Source: Candidatus Levyibacteriota bacterium (lineage in GTDB: Bacteria; Patescibacteriota; Microgenomatia; Levybacterales; UBA12049). Taken from it: 64,000 bases of DNA. The DNA lies in the NCBI GenBank assembly GCA_038254115.1, contig JBBSGK010000004.1:4227-68226 (forward strand), in the 5' to 3' direction. The position numbers and the translations under genes were made by a program. Shown one piece after another: positions 46,243 to 55,284 of this stretch (the stretch's first letter is position 1; each line of letters begins with the position of its first letter). The notes beneath the pieces were generated by a model that saw nothing but the letters and a program-made list of their open reading frames with translations, was not told the DNA's origin and searched no databases.

Positions 46243-46818
46243 ATGGTAATTGAACGAGTTGATGCACGAGAGCATCCATCAGAAAATGGTCAAGAAATAA
46301 GGGTAGAATTGGATCAAGATCAAGCTACAAGTGTGCAAGAGGCACTTGAACTGTTAAAGGAATCTGAATCTTTTGACGCCCTCGCTCTGTTGGATGCTCA
46401 AGAGAATATGGTGCATGTATTGTCAGGGATAGGCATAGATTCATTGAGGGTATCAGCTGGAAATCAACTAGTTGTAAGGCCAGGACACAAATTGACAGCT
46501 CCTTCTGAAACCACAAAAAATCGGCATTTAACAATAAAACCCATTGTCGAGTTAATAATCACTAGTGATACTCCATCTCCAGTTTCAGGAAAGACCTCTC
46601 CGGTGAAAGTTTATGTTGCAGAATATGATCAATTTCCGCAAAACCATCCATATTTGGCAGGTGCATTTAGAGTCGCACTAAAGGGGGCAGCTGGTTTGGG
46701 TAAACTAACGGGTAAAGTCACTAATAGAATTGGAACCAGTCCACAAGAAGCATTAGACAAAGCACGGGAGGCATTTATAACCGTTAAAACTAAAGCAAGA
46801 AGAAAGTCAGGCTCTTAA
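46243..46818 (+). CDS. Orphan protein with HicB-like C-terminal fold
   Basis: VYVAEYDQFP...GTSPQEALDKAREAF; TTGATT-17-TATCAT 6 nt before the ATG. Confidence 0.65.
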   Translation: MVIERVDAREHPSENGQEIRVELDQDQATSVQEALELLKESESFDALALLDAQENMVHVLSGIGIDSLRVSAGNQLVVRPGHKLTAPSETTKNRHLTIKPIVELIITSDTPSPVSGKTSPVKVYVAEYDQFPQNHPYLAGAFRVALKGAAGLGKLTGKVTNRIGTSPQEALDKAREAFITVKTKARRKSGS

Positions 46819-46891
46819 GATCACGGTGCCCCGCGTGAGTAATAATTTCCGAGATTAAATTTTGACATGCCATGATATAATTCGTCTTGCG

Positions 46892-47089
46892 ATGTCAAAA
46901 GAATGTCCTGCTAGAATAGATAGAAAAACTAGTCCTGGAGCAAGTTCTGCAAGGGTTGTCTGTGCAACAGATTGTCTACTCAACAACAAGTTAATAAGAA
47001 TCCAGAACTCTGGAGAAAATCTTACTGTACCGCCAGAACGCATTAGATGTCCTAAATATAAAGTGTTTAAAGATATTAAAATAGACTAG
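46892..47089 (+). CDS. Small Cys-containing orphan protein
   Basis: MSKECPARID..., four Cys residues; TGATATAAT upstream. Confidence 0.5.
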   Translation: MSKECPARIDRKTSPGASSARVVCATDCLLNNKLIRIQNSGENLTVPPERIRCPKYKVFKDIKID

Positions 47090-47097
47090 AAATAAGT

Positions 47098-47931
47098 TTA
47101 CGACTTGAAGATATTTATTATTTCTTTAATCTCAGGATAGCCGTTGAGAAAGTCTTTAACACTCATCGGTTTGCCGCCTTCGACTTGTATTTTTTTCTCC
47201 GGTAATAACTTTATTCTTAATTCTTTATTCTTAATTTTTACTATTGTCCAGACAGCCGGCCAGGGATAATAAGCCCTTATCATGCGGTCAAGTTTATCTT
47301 TACTTGGCAAGTTTTCTATATCTATCTGTCCATCAGATTTGCTCAAGTGTTTTGTGAATGTCGCTTCATGGTGATTTTGTTCACTCCATGACAATTCATC
47401 TTTAACATAACTCTTCAATATCTTTTCAATTAGTTTTGCGCCTAAAGCGAATAATTTGGTATGAAGAGTGTCCGTGGTGTCACTATCTAGAATATTCATT
47501 TTTTCCTGTGCGAGAATAGGCCCATGGTCTACATCTTTGTCCAGAACTATGAGGGTTGTTCCTGTTTCTTTCTCGCCATTTATAATTGCTGTCTGGACGG
47601 GAGTCGGGCCCCGGTACGATGGTAGAAGTGAAGGATGGATGTTCACAATTCCTTTTGGAAAAATGGATAAAAGACTTTGAGGTACGATACGGCCAAAATA
47701 ACCTAGCACAGCAACTTCTGCATTCATATCTTTTAATTTTGAGAGAAGATCTTCAGAATTTAAATCTTTCACAGAAATAAATGAGATATTGTTTTTTATA
47801 GCGTAGTGGGGGACTTCGTCAATTTTATTTGCTTCTGTGGTTACAATAAGCGAGAGGTCAAAATTTTCATTGAGCATTTTTATCACAGGGATTACATGTT
47901 TGGAGGAACCAAAAAATACTGTTTTTATCAT
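47098..47931 (-). CDS. fmt: Methionyl-tRNA formyltransferase
   Basis: NIHPSLLPSYRGPTP, DHGPILAQ and IRAYYPWP motifs; next to def. Confidence 0.95.
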   Translation of the reverse strand: MIKTVFFGSSKHVIPVIKMLNENFDLSLIVTTEANKIDEVPHYAIKNNISFISVKDLNSEDLLSKLKDMNAEVAVLGYFGRIVPQSLLSIFPKGIVNIHPSLLPSYRGPTPVQTAIINGEKETGTTLIVLDKDVDHGPILAQEKMNILDSDTTDTLHTKLFALGAKLIEKILKSYVKDELSWSEQNHHEATFTKHLSKSDGQIDIENLPSKDKLDRMIRAYYPWPAVWTIVKIKNKELRIKLLPEKKIQVEGGKPMSVKDFLNGYPEIKEIINIFKS

Positions 47932-47937
47932 ACCTGT

Positions 47938-48525
47938 CTATATCTCCATCTCCTCAAATTCCGTTTCGCCTTTCTCATTTTTTACTGATTTGTAAAGCTC
48001 CGATTTTTGCTCAAGCACTCTTTTGGGAAAGAGAATTCCCTGAAGATGATCGTATTCATGCTGGATAATTACGCTCATAAATCCATCAAATGTCTTCTTG
48101 TGATCAACTCCTTTTTCATCCTGATAGGACAAAACAACCTCATCATGCCTTTTGACAACTCCCCATATATCTTTTAATGAGAGGCAGCCCTCAAGCTGTA
48201 CTCCTTTTTTAATTCCGGATTTTTTCTTTGCTTTTGTTGTTTTGCTGCTTTGTTTAACAGCAGTTTTTTTATTGGGTTTTTCGATAAACTTTTCAACAAC
48301 AGGATTTATAAATATCTTAATTTCGGCATCGGGATTTTCTTTCACAATGAAAATCTGGAGTCCTTTTCCTATTTGCGGCGCTGCAAGACCGACTCCTTCA
48401 GGATCACTTGCTGCAAGAAGCGCTACCTCCATCTCTTTGAGAAGCTTGTGGATGTATTTATCAATCTTGGCAACCGGTAGAGCAGGATTTGCCAAAACTT
48501 CCTGCGGCGCTTGAACAATTTTCAT
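47938..48525 (-). CDS. def: Peptide deformylase
   Basis: GVGLAAPQIG, EGCLS and QHEYDHLQG motifs. Confidence 0.97.
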   Translation of the reverse strand: MKIVQAPQEVLANPALPVAKIDKYIHKLLKEMEVALLAASDPEGVGLAAPQIGKGLQIFIVKENPDAEIKIFINPVVEKFIEKPNKKTAVKQSSKTTKAKKKSGIKKGVQLEGCLSLKDIWGVVKRHDEVVLSYQDEKGVDHKKTFDGFMSVIIQHEYDHLQGILFPKRVLEQKSELYKSVKNEKGETEFEEMEI

Positions 48526-48584
48526 ATCAACGCTGTAAATTATATCATATTGACACTATAGAATTTATCCTTCATTATTAATTT

Positions 48585-49438
48585 ATGGGAGCAGATAATA
48601 ATGAACGGGTGCTGATGGACAGGCAGGAGTAGAAAGAATACAGCCTGAAAGTCCTACCTCTACATCAGCTGGCGATAAAGTAGGTCGTCCACAAGCTTCA
48701 AGAGGTGAGTCTGGTAGAGCACGTTCTCCTATTAATTTTGGAAATGCACTTCTGGGTGAGGATTCTATTGATGAATCTCGCAGGAGACCAGAGGGAGAAT
48801 TGGAATTGTCTGATGTACCCAGAGGACCGCAAGCTGTTGTTTCAAGACCTGATATCAGTGAAAAAGATTGGGAAGCGGCTAATGCCACTCACCGTATCTT
48901 AACTAAGGAAGAAAGAGAAGTGGATAGACCAGGGGAGGGCCAATTAGACAGGTTTGCGCGGATTTCTAGTGAGGCACAGACCTATTCGGATGTAAATTAT
49001 CGGGTTCAGGAAGCAATTGATATTAATCAAGCCCGTGATACTGCCGAAAGATTTGGGCTTGAGCCTTCTTTGGCTGATGATGATTTGGTTTTCAGAAGAG
49101 ATTTGAAAATCGCCGTACAAATTCTTGATGAGCTTGGTTTGGACGGTAAGCAAGTCTATAGTAATGAGGACCAGCGTCGGGCTCTGCAGCAGCTAATAGC
49201 AAGCGAAGTTAGAGTTGGAGGCCATGAAGGACGCGTTATGAGAGCTAAAGCCGCAGTGGAGCTCGCGCAGCAGAAGTTAGATAATGAACAGGCTTTACTT
49301 GAGCGAGAATTACAAGCAAATGCTTCTAGCGAAGAGGAGTTAGTTAGATTGGCTGGTAGAAATGAATCTGACTCTGCATCATCTCCTAGTGCCAATTCAC
49401 CAGTAAAAGATAATCCTAATTCGGAGCCTGATGTTTGA
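48585..49438 (+). CDS. Orphan coiled-coil protein; apparent 1-nt frameshift near the start
   Basis: Frame is open from 48605 to 49438 with no early ATG; the promoter-proximal ATG at 48585 (MGADNNE) is out of frame by one base. Confidence 0.6.
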
Positions 49439-49441
49439 AAG

Positions 49442-51730
49442 TTATTTTCCCCAGATCTTTAAACTATCTTGTACTTGTTTGTCCTGTAGGTCGATGTTTT
49501 TCAGAATATATTGATATGTATTTATTGCTTTTTGATTATCTCCCACTTCGTGGTAAAAAAGGCCCAGGGCAAAGTATGCATCGCGATAGTCAGGCTTGAG
49601 TTTTATGGTATGCTCCAGGATCTCAATTCCTTTTTTGGGGCCCATTGTTTGTCCTGCAAGTACTCCATAGTTGTAGGATATTTTGGCATCATTTGGCGCA
49701 AGCTCCCGGGCCTTTATGATGGAGCTTAGAGCTTTGCCATAATAATTTTTTTCATTGTCCTTCCCACTCTGCGCAAGTGTATAGAAAAGTCTTACGCGGT
49801 TTTTCCAGTAGACAATATTGTTGGGATGAGTATTTATGACATTGTCACTTATTGTGATTGCATCCCGCGATAACTGAGCTGCTCCTGATGCGTCTTTTTG
49901 AAGATATAAAGCAGATGCCAGGGTGCCCAGATTTATGGATAGTTCATCTTTATAAACAGGCTCATTTGGCTCTGCATTGACCGCGTTTTGGAGAGGGGTA
50001 ATTGCTTCCTGATAACTACCTACTTTATCCAGACTTGAACCATTTGCGTAATTCAGATCAGCGCTCCAGTAGCTAAAAAGGTTCTGAAGGAAGAGAGAAG
50101 AAGTAAGAAGTAAGGCTACTAGCAGAATCCATTGGATGATCGAGGTTTTAGATGGGACAGAAGGCTCATCGGAGACAGAGGGAAAGCTTAATACTTTTTG
50201 GGGATTGAGTATTCCGGATAGTATGAATATGAATGCAGGAATTAGGAAAAAGTAGAGATTGATTATTACAACCGAGAATCCGAAGAAGTTGGAAACCAAG
50301 ATTGAAACCCACCCCGCGAATAGAGCAGTAATCAGAATACTCGGAATACTCAGAGAACCAGTTGATCTGACCTTCAGATTTTCAGATGATCTGAGCGGAC
50401 TGTCATTCTGAGTTTTCAGAGTTTTCTGAAAAACTTGAAAAATAAATAATCCAATGATTGCTAGATAGCTTCCCAGACCAAATGCTCCCGTTGTCGCCAG
50501 ATAATTTAGGTATTCATTGTGGGCCTTGTTGTACAGATAATCCCATTCCGAAGTGACATTGTGTTCCACTGGCCGGTATCTGTAATAGGCAAAAGCAAAT
50601 GTCTCAACACCTGTCCCGATAATCGGATTTGCCTTCCATGCATCTATTGCCCCGCGCCAAACCAAAAGACGGATTTTGCCGGAATCAGTTCCTCCGAGTT
50701 CTCCGGCAGCTGGTAATTCGTGGGTTGAAGTTGGATTTGATGATTTTATTTTGTTCAATTCAGGCAAAGTGAATTTTGAAAGTTGTGAAATAGGAACGCC
50801 CGAAAAGAAATTGAAAACTATAAATATCAGATTGAATAGCAGAAAGTATTTTAGGAAATTTTCTTTGAGATATTTTTTGAAAAATAGTATTGCCCAGAAG
50901 ATAATATTTGCAATCCAAAAACCTATAAAACCGCCTCGTGTATCGGTGTAGGTGAGGCAGGCATAAAATAAAGAAGTAAGAAGTAGGAAGTAAGAAGCAA
51001 GGAAAAAATTTCCTGAACCATAATTCTTGATTCTTGATTCTTGATTCTCATGGGATGATTCTGATTTAGATTTTAGATTTCTTAGAAAGTAGGAAATTGA
51101 AAGAGGTATTAAAACTGACATGTATGCAGCAAGCCAAGCCGGCTGACCAAGAGTTGAGAAGATACGGATTGTGGGTTTGAATGCATCAGTCCAGCATGAT
51201 GTATCAAAACTTCCCCTGAAAATATAACAAGTAGGGTCCCAACCAAAATGGGATGGAAATCCCCAAAGAGCAACAATCAAGCCTGAAAATAAGCTAACTT
51301 TTAAGACTTTAAGTACGTGTTTGGTTTCCAGATTGGAGACAAAGGCGTAGTATAGAAATATATAAGAGATGATAGATAACAGGCCGCCGTTAAATCTTGA
51401 GTAATAACCCCAGAGCGAGACATGCGGATCAAGGGAAAAAATTGTTGAGATTATTTGAGAAGCGAGGAAAAGAATTAGCGGAATATCAAGAGGTGTACGT
51501 TGGATGAAGATTCTTTTTTGAAGAATCATTTTTGCTATCCAGGAAGCGCCGATTATGGTTGTTATTCCAAAAGTAAGCCACATTTTTGGAAATTCAAAAA
51601 GTTCTGAAGGGGATCCGCTAAAAACAATGGGGACTAGGAGGAAGAGGGCGTAGAAGGAGAATTCGATAATGCGGTTGCAAAAATTTATAATTTTCATTAG
51701 CGGGATGATGTACGGCAGATAAAACTTCAT
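49442..51730 (-). CDS. O-antigen ligase-like (Wzy_C/PglL-type) membrane protein with C-terminal TPRs
   Basis: RIFSTLGQP, TRGG, IRLLVWRGA, GTGVETF and AHNEYL motifs; TPR-like helices. Confidence 0.88.
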   Translation of the reverse strand: MKFYLPYIIPLMKIINFCNRIIEFSFYALFLLVPIVFSGSPSELFEFPKMWLTFGITTIIGASWIAKMILQKRIFIQRTPLDIPLILFLASQIISTIFSLDPHVSLWGYYSRFNGGLLSIISYIFLYYAFVSNLETKHVLKVLKVSLFSGLIVALWGFPSHFGWDPTCYIFRGSFDTSCWTDAFKPTIRIFSTLGQPAWLAAYMSVLIPLSISYFLRNLKSKSESSHENQESRIKNYGSGNFFLASYFLLLTSLFYACLTYTDTRGGFIGFWIANIIFWAILFFKKYLKENFLKYFLLFNLIFIVFNFFSGVPISQLSKFTLPELNKIKSSNPTSTHELPAAGELGGTDSGKIRLLVWRGAIDAWKANPIIGTGVETFAFAYYRYRPVEHNVTSEWDYLYNKAHNEYLNYLATTGAFGLGSYLAIIGLFIFQVFQKTLKTQNDSPLRSSENLKVRSTGSLSIPSILITALFAGWVSILVSNFFGFSVVIINLYFFLIPAFIFILSGILNPQKVLSFPSVSDEPSVPSKTSIIQWILLVALLLTSSLFLQNLFSYWSADLNYANGSSLDKVGSYQEAITPLQNAVNAEPNEPVYKDELSINLGTLASALYLQKDASGAAQLSRDAITISDNVINTHPNNIVYWKNRVRLFYTLAQSGKDNEKNYYGKALSSIIKARELAPNDAKISYNYGVLAGQTMGPKKGIEILEHTIKLKPDYRDAYFALGLFYHEVGDNQKAINTYQYILKNIDLQDKQVQDSLKIWGK

Positions 51731-51785
51731 TTTCCATGGTATCATATTGGAAAAACGTGGGCAAGCTGATAGAATAGGTTTAATT

Positions 51786-52901
51786 ATGAATCTCTTGAAT
51801 AGTTTCTACGGTCTTTTTTCTCACGATATCGGTATAGATCTCGGCACTGCAAATACTCTTGTTTTTGTCCGGGATAAAGGGATTGTGATCCGTGAACCGT
51901 CAGTTGTCGCGAGGCAAAAAAAGAGCAAACAAATCATCGCGATTGGAAGTGAGGCCAAGAAAATGCTTGGCAAGACACCTGCTTCTATAGTTACGGTACG
52001 TCCGCTTCATGGGGGAACGATTGCGGATTTTGACGCGACTGTTTCGATGATCGCTTACTACATCAAGCAAGTCCATGAGATGGGGGGAAAATTGACCGGG
52101 ATTTTTGCCCGTCCCAAAGTGGTGATTGGGATTCCATCTGCAGTAACCGAGGTTCAAAGACGTGCTGTCTGGGAAGCAGCTCTCTCAGCAGGAGCCCGGG
52201 AAGCGTATCTTATTGAAGAGCCGATGGCCGCGGCAATTGGTGAGAATATATCAATTTTTCAGTCAAAGGGCATAATGGTAGTCGATATAGGCGGCGGGAC
52301 TACAGAAATCGCGGTTATCTCGCTTGGTGGAATAGTAGTCGGCCGGTCAATGAAACTCGCCGGAGACGAGATGGATCAGGCGATCCTGCATTATGTGCGG
52401 CTTCGCCATGGAATGCTTCTTGGGGAGAGTACAGCTGAGGATATAAAAATAAAAATAGGAAGCGCTGCCCAGAAAAGCGCAAAAGCGCAAAAGCGAAGAA
52501 GCGAAGAAGGGGAAGAAGAGAAGGAAGAGATTAGCCGTACGGCGAAGGTTATGATTGTGAGGGGACGGGATATTGAGACTGGTCTTCCAAAAAGCCAGAA
52601 GATAACTGAGCCTGAAATACGTGAGGCATTATCTCCGATAATCAATCAAATAATTCAAGCCGTTGCCGATGTTTTGGAGGAAACGCCGCCTGAGCTATTG
52701 CCTGATATTCTCGAGCAGGGAATTCTTCTCACAGGTGGGGGCGCCAATTTGGAAGGCTTTGATCAGTTGATGGTTGAACGGGTGCATCTGCCTGTTTTTG
52801 TTTCATCTGATCCGATGACCTCTGTTGTCCGCGGAACGGGAAAAGTTGTGCAGGATGAAAAACTCCTCGAGCGGGTGAAGGTAATTGGGGGATTGAGGTA
52901 G
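51786..52901 (+). CDS. mreB: Rod shape-determining protein MreB
   Basis: IGIDLGTANT, EPSVVA, IEEPMAAAIG, VDIGGGTTE and LTGGGA motifs. Confidence 0.97.
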   Translation: MNLLNSFYGLFSHDIGIDLGTANTLVFVRDKGIVIREPSVVARQKKSKQIIAIGSEAKKMLGKTPASIVTVRPLHGGTIADFDATVSMIAYYIKQVHEMGGKLTGIFARPKVVIGIPSAVTEVQRRAVWEAALSAGAREAYLIEEPMAAAIGENISIFQSKGIMVVDIGGGTTEIAVISLGGIVVGRSMKLAGDEMDQAILHYVRLRHGMLLGESTAEDIKIKIGSAAQKSAKAQKRRSEEGEEEKEEISRTAKVMIVRGRDIETGLPKSQKITEPEIREALSPIINQIIQAVADVLEETPPELLPDILEQGILLTGGGANLEGFDQLMVERVHLPVFVSSDPMTSVVRGTGKVVQDEKLLERVKVIGGLR

Positions 52902-52921
52902 GAATAAAATTGTTATCCTGC

Positions 52922-53458
52922 TCATGCAGCCGGATTGAGCGCTATCCTACCGGTACGCAGTCCAAAGAAAAAATCTTCCGCTTTTGCCCGTTCATTTTCT
53001 GTGAGTCTGGCCAGGCTTTCGGCAGTTGAAGCATCAATTCTCGCACCGGTCATCATGATAGGAAGAGCTTCCATTTCGTCTACACTCAATTCACGTGAGC
53101 CTAGAGGAATATGGAATGTTGTTCCGTCTTCTTCTGCAACAACATAAGACTTTCTTTCCATGGATGAAGGTCCAATCCCATCTTTACCAGGAATAGGAGT
53201 AAAGGTTGACTTGACAGTTTGAGGACCATCCTCAAACATTACACCGGAACGTGTTAAACCAACTCCTGCTGTATTTGATTTGGCGTTGGGATCCACATAA
53301 TTGAGGCGATATCCACCATCTGATCCTCTGACTTTTATTCCTTCTTTCGCAGACTTTAAATCTCCTAACCCACCATAAAATAAGCTGATGGCCATTCTTC
53401 TTGCATCATCCTTTCTGCTTTGGTCTGGACTTAGTGGTCTTTCTGGTGAGCTTGCCAT
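52922..53458 (-). CDS. Orphan protein (cassette at the mreB end)
   Basis: Start refined to MASSPERPLSP behind TTGACA-17-TATCAT. Confidence 0.7.
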   Translation of the reverse strand: MASSPERPLSPDQSRKDDARRMAISLFYGGLGDLKSAKEGIKVRGSDGGYRLNYVDPNAKSNTAGVGLTRSGVMFEDGPQTVKSTFTPIPGKDGIGPSSMERKSYVVAEEDGTTFHIPLGSRELSVDEMEALPIMMTGARIDASTAESLARLTENERAKAEDFFFGLRTGRIALNPAA

Positions 53459-53503
53459 AATAAGTGGATGATACATTTTTAATAACAGATTGTCAAGACT
53501 AGC

Positions 53504-53531
53504 GGTGAAGGTAATTGGGGGATTGAGGTAG
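53504..53531 (+). repeat. Exact 28-bp duplicate of the mreB 3' end
   Basis: GGTGAAGGTAATTGGGGGATTGAGGTAG at 52874-52901 and 53504-53531. Confidence 0.95.
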
Positions 53532-53570
53532 AGATTGCAAATAAACAAAATTGTGGTAGAATGCATTTCT

Positions 53571-53882
53571 ATGGGATTAGAAACACAAGATAGATTGGCA
53601 AGAGAAAGAGTACTTGCTACGCTTACATCAATGTCAAATGATGCATATCCATCAAACACACGGCATATAGCTGAAAGAATGGTTCGAGGCAAACCTACAA
53701 CGGGTGATCTGGTAACTGTTTTTCTTGCGTTGGGTCCACTTGAGGAGGAAGGAAAAGTAGAATCTGTTGTAGTTAGACACACAAATCCGGCACATATTGC
53801 TTATCGATTAACCAGAGAATCAGAGCCAAGACGTAGGCGAAAACGAAATAGAAAATGGCCAATAGAGGAAGTTAGAAGATAA
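53571..53882 (+). CDS. Orphan winged-helix-like protein with Arg-rich tail
   Basis: TVFLALGPLEEEGKVES...AYRLT; TTGCAA-16-TAGAAT upstream. Confidence 0.65.
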   Translation: MGLETQDRLARERVLATLTSMSNDAYPSNTRHIAERMVRGKPTTGDLVTVFLALGPLEEEGKVESVVVRHTNPAHIAYRLTRESEPRRRRKRNRKWPIEEVRR

Positions 53883-54049
53883 TCATCTAAAATTAAACCA
53901 AAATAATACTAGTTATTGACTAGCGGAAGAGTAATCTGTCAGGATTTGTTAAAATTCCTATTGTTCGAGCGTAGCTGACTTTCATTCGCTAAAGCCTCGG
54001 GGGGATATGCAGTTTTGAATTTACAATCAGGGAAGTATATAATACCTTT

Positions 54050-54805
54050 ATGCAGAAGAGGAAGAGTTTTTTCCCCACGTTTTTAATCTTTTTTATACTT
54101 TCTATATTTATTTTTCTCTTATCCCGCTTAGGATTTCTCAACGGATTGACAGGATTTTTGGAGAGGGCAACAGTACCTCTGCAACGTGTAATATTTGGAG
54201 CAACACATTCCGATAAATGGGGAGAGTCTGCAAAATTGAAGGATGAAAATAGTAAATTGGCCTCACAAATTGTAAAGCAATCAGAATTGAAGCGTGAAAA
54301 TCAGGCACTCCGTGATCAATTCCAGACTTCAAATCCGGCGCCCAGAATACTTTTACCGGCAAAAATTATAGGTAACAATGATGGCAGTCTAACAATTGAT
54401 AAGGGACGCGCGGACACTCTAAAAAAAGGTGATGTAGTAGTTATAAAAGACAATCTAATCGGCAAGGTGGAGAAAATTTCAGAACACCTCGCAACTGTAA
54501 GCCTTCTAACTTCAAACATAATCTTTACTGCAAAAACGGCCAAAACAGGATCAGTCGGAATACTGAAAGGCCAATCAAATGGCATGATACTTGATAATGT
54601 TCTGCTCAATGATCATCTTGAGAAAGACGATTTGGTCATAACAAAGGGGGATGAAGATTTATATGGAAGTGGATTTCCGCCTGATCTGGTTGTCGGGAAA
54701 ATTGTTTCGGTAAATAAAAAAGCAAGCAATCTTTTCCAAAGCGCTGAAGTTAGGAGCTTAATTGATTTTTCCAAACTCGAAACAGTATTCATAATTACGA
54801 AATAA
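54050..54805 (+). CDS. mreC: Rod shape-determining protein MreC
   Basis: TM helix, coiled coil LKRENQALR, IDKG, FPPDLVVGKI; synteny. Confidence 0.93.
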   Translation: MQKRKSFFPTFLIFFILSIFIFLLSRLGFLNGLTGFLERATVPLQRVIFGATHSDKWGESAKLKDENSKLASQIVKQSELKRENQALRDQFQTSNPAPRILLPAKIIGNNDGSLTIDKGRADTLKKGDVVVIKDNLIGKVEKISEHLATVSLLTSNIIFTAKTAKTGSVGILKGQSNGMILDNVLLNDHLEKDDLVITKGDEDLYGSGFPPDLVVGKIVSVNKKASNLFQSAEVRSLIDFSKLETVFIITK

Positions 54806-54811
54806 CTTTAA

Positions 54812-55222
54812 ATGGAGATATTATTTTTCATTCTACTTATAATTTCTATTTTCGTGGAATCAACTTTTATAAACTTGCCCCTAGTATTCATTCTTCTGGT
54901 TGTGTTTTGTATCCTCAAAAAAAGCGGCTACGTATTTTTGAGCGCTTTTTTAGCAGGAATTTTACTGGATCTTACAGCAGTCCGGTTTCCGGGAACATCC
55001 AGTATTTTTTTCCTCCTCGTTCTTTTAATGATCATGCTATATCAACGCAAATATGAAATTAATTCTTATCCTTTTATACTTGTCAGCTCGTTTGTTGGAA
55101 CGTATATGTATTTGATTATTTTTAATAAGCATGCTAATTTATTACAGCCATTTTTATGTACCATTTTAGCATTGGTGCTATACTCAGTTCTGCAAATACG
55201 GGAAGTAAGAAGCAATAATTAA
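54812..55222 (+). CDS. mreD: Rod shape-determining protein MreD-like
   Basis: Hydrophobic protein with AFLAGILLDL; lies between mreC and PBP2. Confidence 0.75.
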   Translation: MEILFFILLIISIFVESTFINLPLVFILLVVFCILKKSGYVFLSAFLAGILLDLTAVRFPGTSSIFFLLVLLMIMLYQRKYEINSYPFILVSSFVGTYMYLIIFNKHANLLQPFLCTILALVLYSVLQIREVRSNN

Positions 55223-55284
55223 GAGTTAAGGTCTTGTGGTAAATTTTTCCTTGATTCTTGATTCGTTATTATTAATTCATATCT

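Noticed and set aside
46819-46860. Possible stranded fmt 3' end (ISEIITH versus IKEIINI)
   Set aside because: Similarity is too weak and no matching stop codon follows.
53918-53948. Possible third, degenerate copy of the mreB end (GACTAGCGGAAGAGTAATCTG)
   Set aside because: Only 9 bp match the junction of copy 2 exactly; too short to distinguish from chance.
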